From: Octopus bimaculoides
Lineage: Eukaryota
Direction: 5' to 3'
Length of the DNA: 36,612 nt
Assembly: GCF_001194135.2 (NCBI RefSeq)
Contig: NC_068993.1
Location: forward strand, 10,303,026 to 10,339,637
Shown: positions 35,501 through 36,612 of the stretch, in pieces
Layout: the number at the start of each line of letters is the position of its first letter
Position numbering within the stretch: the first letter of the stretch is position 1
Program-made: the position numbers and the translations under genes
Notes under the pieces: model-generated
Seen by the model: only the letters and a program-made list of their open reading frames with translations
The model's database searches: none
What the model was told of the DNA's origin: nothing

Positions 35501-36010
35501 ACATGCTTAGACACACACATGCACATGCATACACCAAATAATGGTTTCATATTTTGGTACAAGGCCAGCAATTTCGGAGGAGTGGGGTAAGCAAATTATA
35601 TTGCCACCCCAATGTCCAACTGGTACTTCTTTTATCAACCCTGAAAGGACAGAAAGCAAAGTCGATTTTGGTGAAATTTGAACTCATAAAGTAAAGGCAG
35701 ATGAAGCACTGCTAAGCATTTTGCCTGGCAGTCTAATGATTCTAACAGCTCGCCACCTTATATACTAAATAATACAAATACATAATCTCTCTCTCTCTGA
35801 CATAAGTATTGATATTTTACAGAGGGGAATCTCAGATTAATATTGATTCTTGTCTATCTTTGATCATCAGGCAACTCAAAACTTGTCCAAAAGAAGATGA
35901 AGAAGAGGAAGATCCTCGAGGTTTGAAGGTCTCTTTGATGCCTCATCAGAAACATGCTTTAGCCTGGTTACTCTGGAGGCAGAAACAGAACCCTTCCGGT
36001 GGTATTTTAG
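20381..36010 (+). CDS. TTF2: Transcription termination factor 2 / lodestar (SNF2-family helicase with N-terminal GRF-type zinc finger), 5' partial; continues beyond window
   Basis: join(20381..20408,22235..22343,26003..26083,26978..27050,28484..28534,29195..29428,30290..30419,31020..31103 and/or 32194..32277,33626..33808,34593..34695,35871..36010). All GT-AG, phases consistent, no stops. Motifs: [32 protein letters not shown]; ALPDKGARL; LYGGRMT; [19 protein letters not shown]...GGIL immediately before the expected ADDMGLGKT. Confidence 0.93.
21524..21659. repeat. 54-bp inverted repeat, 28-nt loop, 52/54 identity
   Basis: Arms 21524-21577 and 21606-21659 aligned by hand. Confidence 0.95.
22235..22343 (+). 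CDS. TTF2: TTF2 exon 2 (GRF-type zinc finger)
   Basis: [35 protein letters not shown]; gcag acceptor, gtaagt donor. Confidence 0.92.
22700..22709. other. Assembly gap (10 N, true size unknown)
   Basis: N run between a truncated family B copy and (TA)n. Confidence 1.
22841..23655 (+). CDS. GIY-YIG endonuclease ORF of Penelope-like element (251 aa after removing the gap-induced duplication; frame is also open upstream of the ATG)
   Basis: ORF track entries 22841..23539 and 23470..23655 join into one 756-nt frame once the N-gap and the duplicated 49 nt are collapsed. Confidence 0.75.
23485..23494. other. Assembly gap flanked by an identical 49-nt overlap
   Basis: 23436-23484 equals 23495-23543. 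Confidence 0.95.
24056..24115 (+). repeat. 24-bp tandem repeat AAATAAATCTAATCCTTATGCCTA, about 2.5 copies
   Basis: Read directly from sequence, inside the Penelope-like 3' region. Confidence 0.8.
24886..24973 (+). ncRNA. Type I hammerhead ribozyme fold (HHR-1)
   Basis: TGCAG CTGAAGA [59-nt stem II] GAAAC GTGC GTA CTGCA: 5-bp stem I, CUGANGA and GAAA core, GUA cleavage triplet at 24966-24968. Confidence 0.8.
25470..25925 (+). repeat. Degenerate ATC-rich minisatellite with recurring TCATTCAATCAAGACTGAG...GAACTAAATATC unit
   Basis: Unit visible about 5-6 times among (ATC)n tracts. Confidence 0.7.
26003..26083 (+). CDS. TTF2: TTF2 exon 3
   Basis: tttccag acceptor; [26 protein letters not shown]; donor gtaaga. 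Confidence 0.88.
26528..26925 (-). mobile_element. SINE family A (tRNA-derived), full length
   Basis: Minus head GGCGCAGGAGTGGCTGTGTGGTAAG with B-box-like GGTTTAGTCCC, internal microsatellite, GTAAAAGA tail. Other copies about 6112-6932 (-), 10276-10832, 11235-11450, 21770-21865, 28570-28760 (-), 32800-33495, 34310-34510, 36250-36605 (-). Confidence 0.9.
26978..27050 (+). CDS. TTF2: TTF2 exon 4
   Basis: cacag acceptor; [24 protein letters not shown]; donor gtaact. Confidence 0.88.
27210..27480 (+). mobile_element. RTE-clade LINE 3' end relic
   Basis: [20 protein letters not shown]...AAKLVLWNP, frameshift, [29 protein letters not shown], typical of RTE RT C-termini. Confidence 0.75.
28111..28331 (+). 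mobile_element. piggyBac-type MITE family 1, full length, TTAA TSD
   Basis: TTAA CCCTTTAGCATT ... AATGCTGAAGGG TTAA (11/12 TIR match). Related fragments near 12720-12790, 16450-16668 and 28940-29110. Confidence 0.78.
28484..28534 (+). CDS. TTF2: TTF2 exon 5
   Basis: ttccag acceptor; [17 protein letters not shown]; donor gtaagg; phase 0-0, low-conservation linker. Confidence 0.75.
29195..29428 (+). CDS. TTF2: TTF2 exon 6
   Basis: 78 open codons [13 protein letters not shown]...SALQKQK; ctag acceptor, gtttgt donor. Confidence 0.8.
29737..29954 (+). mobile_element. Mariner-derived MITE, second copy in opposite orientation
   Basis: Same TIRs (GTGCTGAAAGGTTCCTGG...CCAGGAACTTTTCAGCAC) and internal [10 protein letters not shown]. 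Confidence 0.82.
30290..30419 (+). CDS. TTF2: TTF2 exon 7
   Basis: [34 protein letters not shown]; conserved LPDKG motif; donor gtaagt. Confidence 0.9.
31020..31103 (+). CDS. TTF2: TTF2 exon 8a (first copy of duplicated 84-nt exon)
   Basis: cttcccctcag acceptor; [27 protein letters not shown]; gtatgt donor; phase 1-1. Confidence 0.75.
31590..32123 (+). mobile_element. Probable piggyBac relic: acidic N-terminal-like peptide, degenerate 60-75-nt tandem repeats, AGGG-TTAA end
   Basis: [20 protein letters not shown] then, after a frameshift, [21 protein letters not shown]. Repeats at about 31730-32030. AGGGTTAA at 32116-32123. No matching 5' TTAACCCT found. Confidence 0.4.
32194..32277 (+). CDS. 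TTF2: TTF2 exon 8b (second copy of duplicated 84-nt exon)
   Basis: cttcccctcag acceptor; [27 protein letters not shown]; gtatgt donor; phase 1-1. Confidence 0.75.
33626..33808 (+). CDS. TTF2: TTF2 exon 9
   Basis: tctccag acceptor; [20 protein letters not shown]...EFLEGSYS; donor gtaagt; phase 1-1. Confidence 0.85.
34064..34151 (+). ncRNA. Type I hammerhead ribozyme fold (HHR-2), homologous to HHR-1
   Basis: ATGCAG CTGAGGA [57-nt stem II] GAAAT GCTG GTA CTGCAT: 6-bp stem I, intact core, GUA at 34143-34145; shares downstream GTTGCTTATTTTGATT with HHR-1. Confidence 0.72.
34593..34695 (+). CDS. TTF2: TTF2 exon 10
   Basis: [33 protein letters not shown]; LYGGRMT motif; donor gtaagc. Confidence 0.9.
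35871..36010 (+). CDS. TTF2: TTF2 exon 11 (start of SNF2 ATPase domain)
   Basis: [46 protein letters not shown]; donor gtaaga. Confidence 0.95.
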
Positions 36011-36612
36011 GTAAGAAAATCATGTTTGATTTTGGGTTTATTTTGCTTATGTGTCCTGTTGGGGTGCTGGTATGCCTAAATGGTTAAGTAGTTTGCAATC
36101 ATGAGGTCTGTGGTTTGATTCTTTTTCACAGAAGATGAAATTTTTCATGAAGCTGTTTTTGTAACCATGTGGTTTTATGCGCAGTAATACCTTGGGAAAG
36201 TTCCATTGTAACCTAGCTGACCAATGCCTTGTGAGTGAATTGGGGAAAAGAAACTGTGTTGACTGCAACCATACTGGAGCACCGCTTTTAATCAAACAAA
36301 TCGACCCCCAGGACTTATTTTTTGTAAGCCTAGTACTTATTCTATCGGTCTCATATGCTGAACCACTAAGTTACGGGGATACATAAACACACCCGCATCA
36401 GTTGTCAAGTGACGGTGGGGAACAAACATAGACACACAAGCATATACGACAAGCTTCTTTCGGTTTCCGCCTACCAAATCCTCTCACAAGGCTTTGGTTG
36501 GCCTGAGGCTATAGCAGAAGACACTTGCCCAAGGTGTGTTGCAGTGGGACTGAACCTGGAACCATGTGGTTGGGAAGCAAGCTTCTTACCACACAGCTAT
36601 GCCTGCACCTAT

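Noticed and set aside
35968-35985. WRQKQ where TTF2 homologues have WRESQ as recalled, as a possible editing site
   Set aside because: CAG to GAG is not an A-to-I change.
1-36612. CRISPR arrays, rRNA, true tRNA genes or prokaryotic operons
   Set aside because: None seen. tRNA-like A/B boxes belong to SINE heads and the repeats lack repeat-spacer structure.

Overview
AT-rich, microsatellite- and SINE-dense eukaryotic genomic DNA with four assembly gaps. The repeat content suggests an octopod cephalopod (inference). Two spliced genes lie in tandem on the + strand. The first is a complete 8-exon eIF3f gene (8701-16886, 278 aa). The second is the 5' part of a TTF2/lodestar SNF2 helicase gene (20381 to beyond the window), reconstructed by hand from the N-terminal zinc-finger region to the start of the ATPase domain. 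Introns and intergenic DNA carry three SINE families, mariner and piggyBac-type MITEs, and Tc1, RTE, CR1/Jockey-like and ORF1 relics. The strongest unexplained signals are: (1) two homologous sense-strand type I hammerhead-ribozyme folds with long stem II inside TTF2 introns, one ending a Penelope-like GIY-YIG element; (2) a tandemly duplicated, frame-symmetric 84-nt TTF2 exon with both copies intact; (3) two long near-perfect inverted repeats on either side of TTF2 exon 1. Everything was read by eye; no database searches or folding programs were run.
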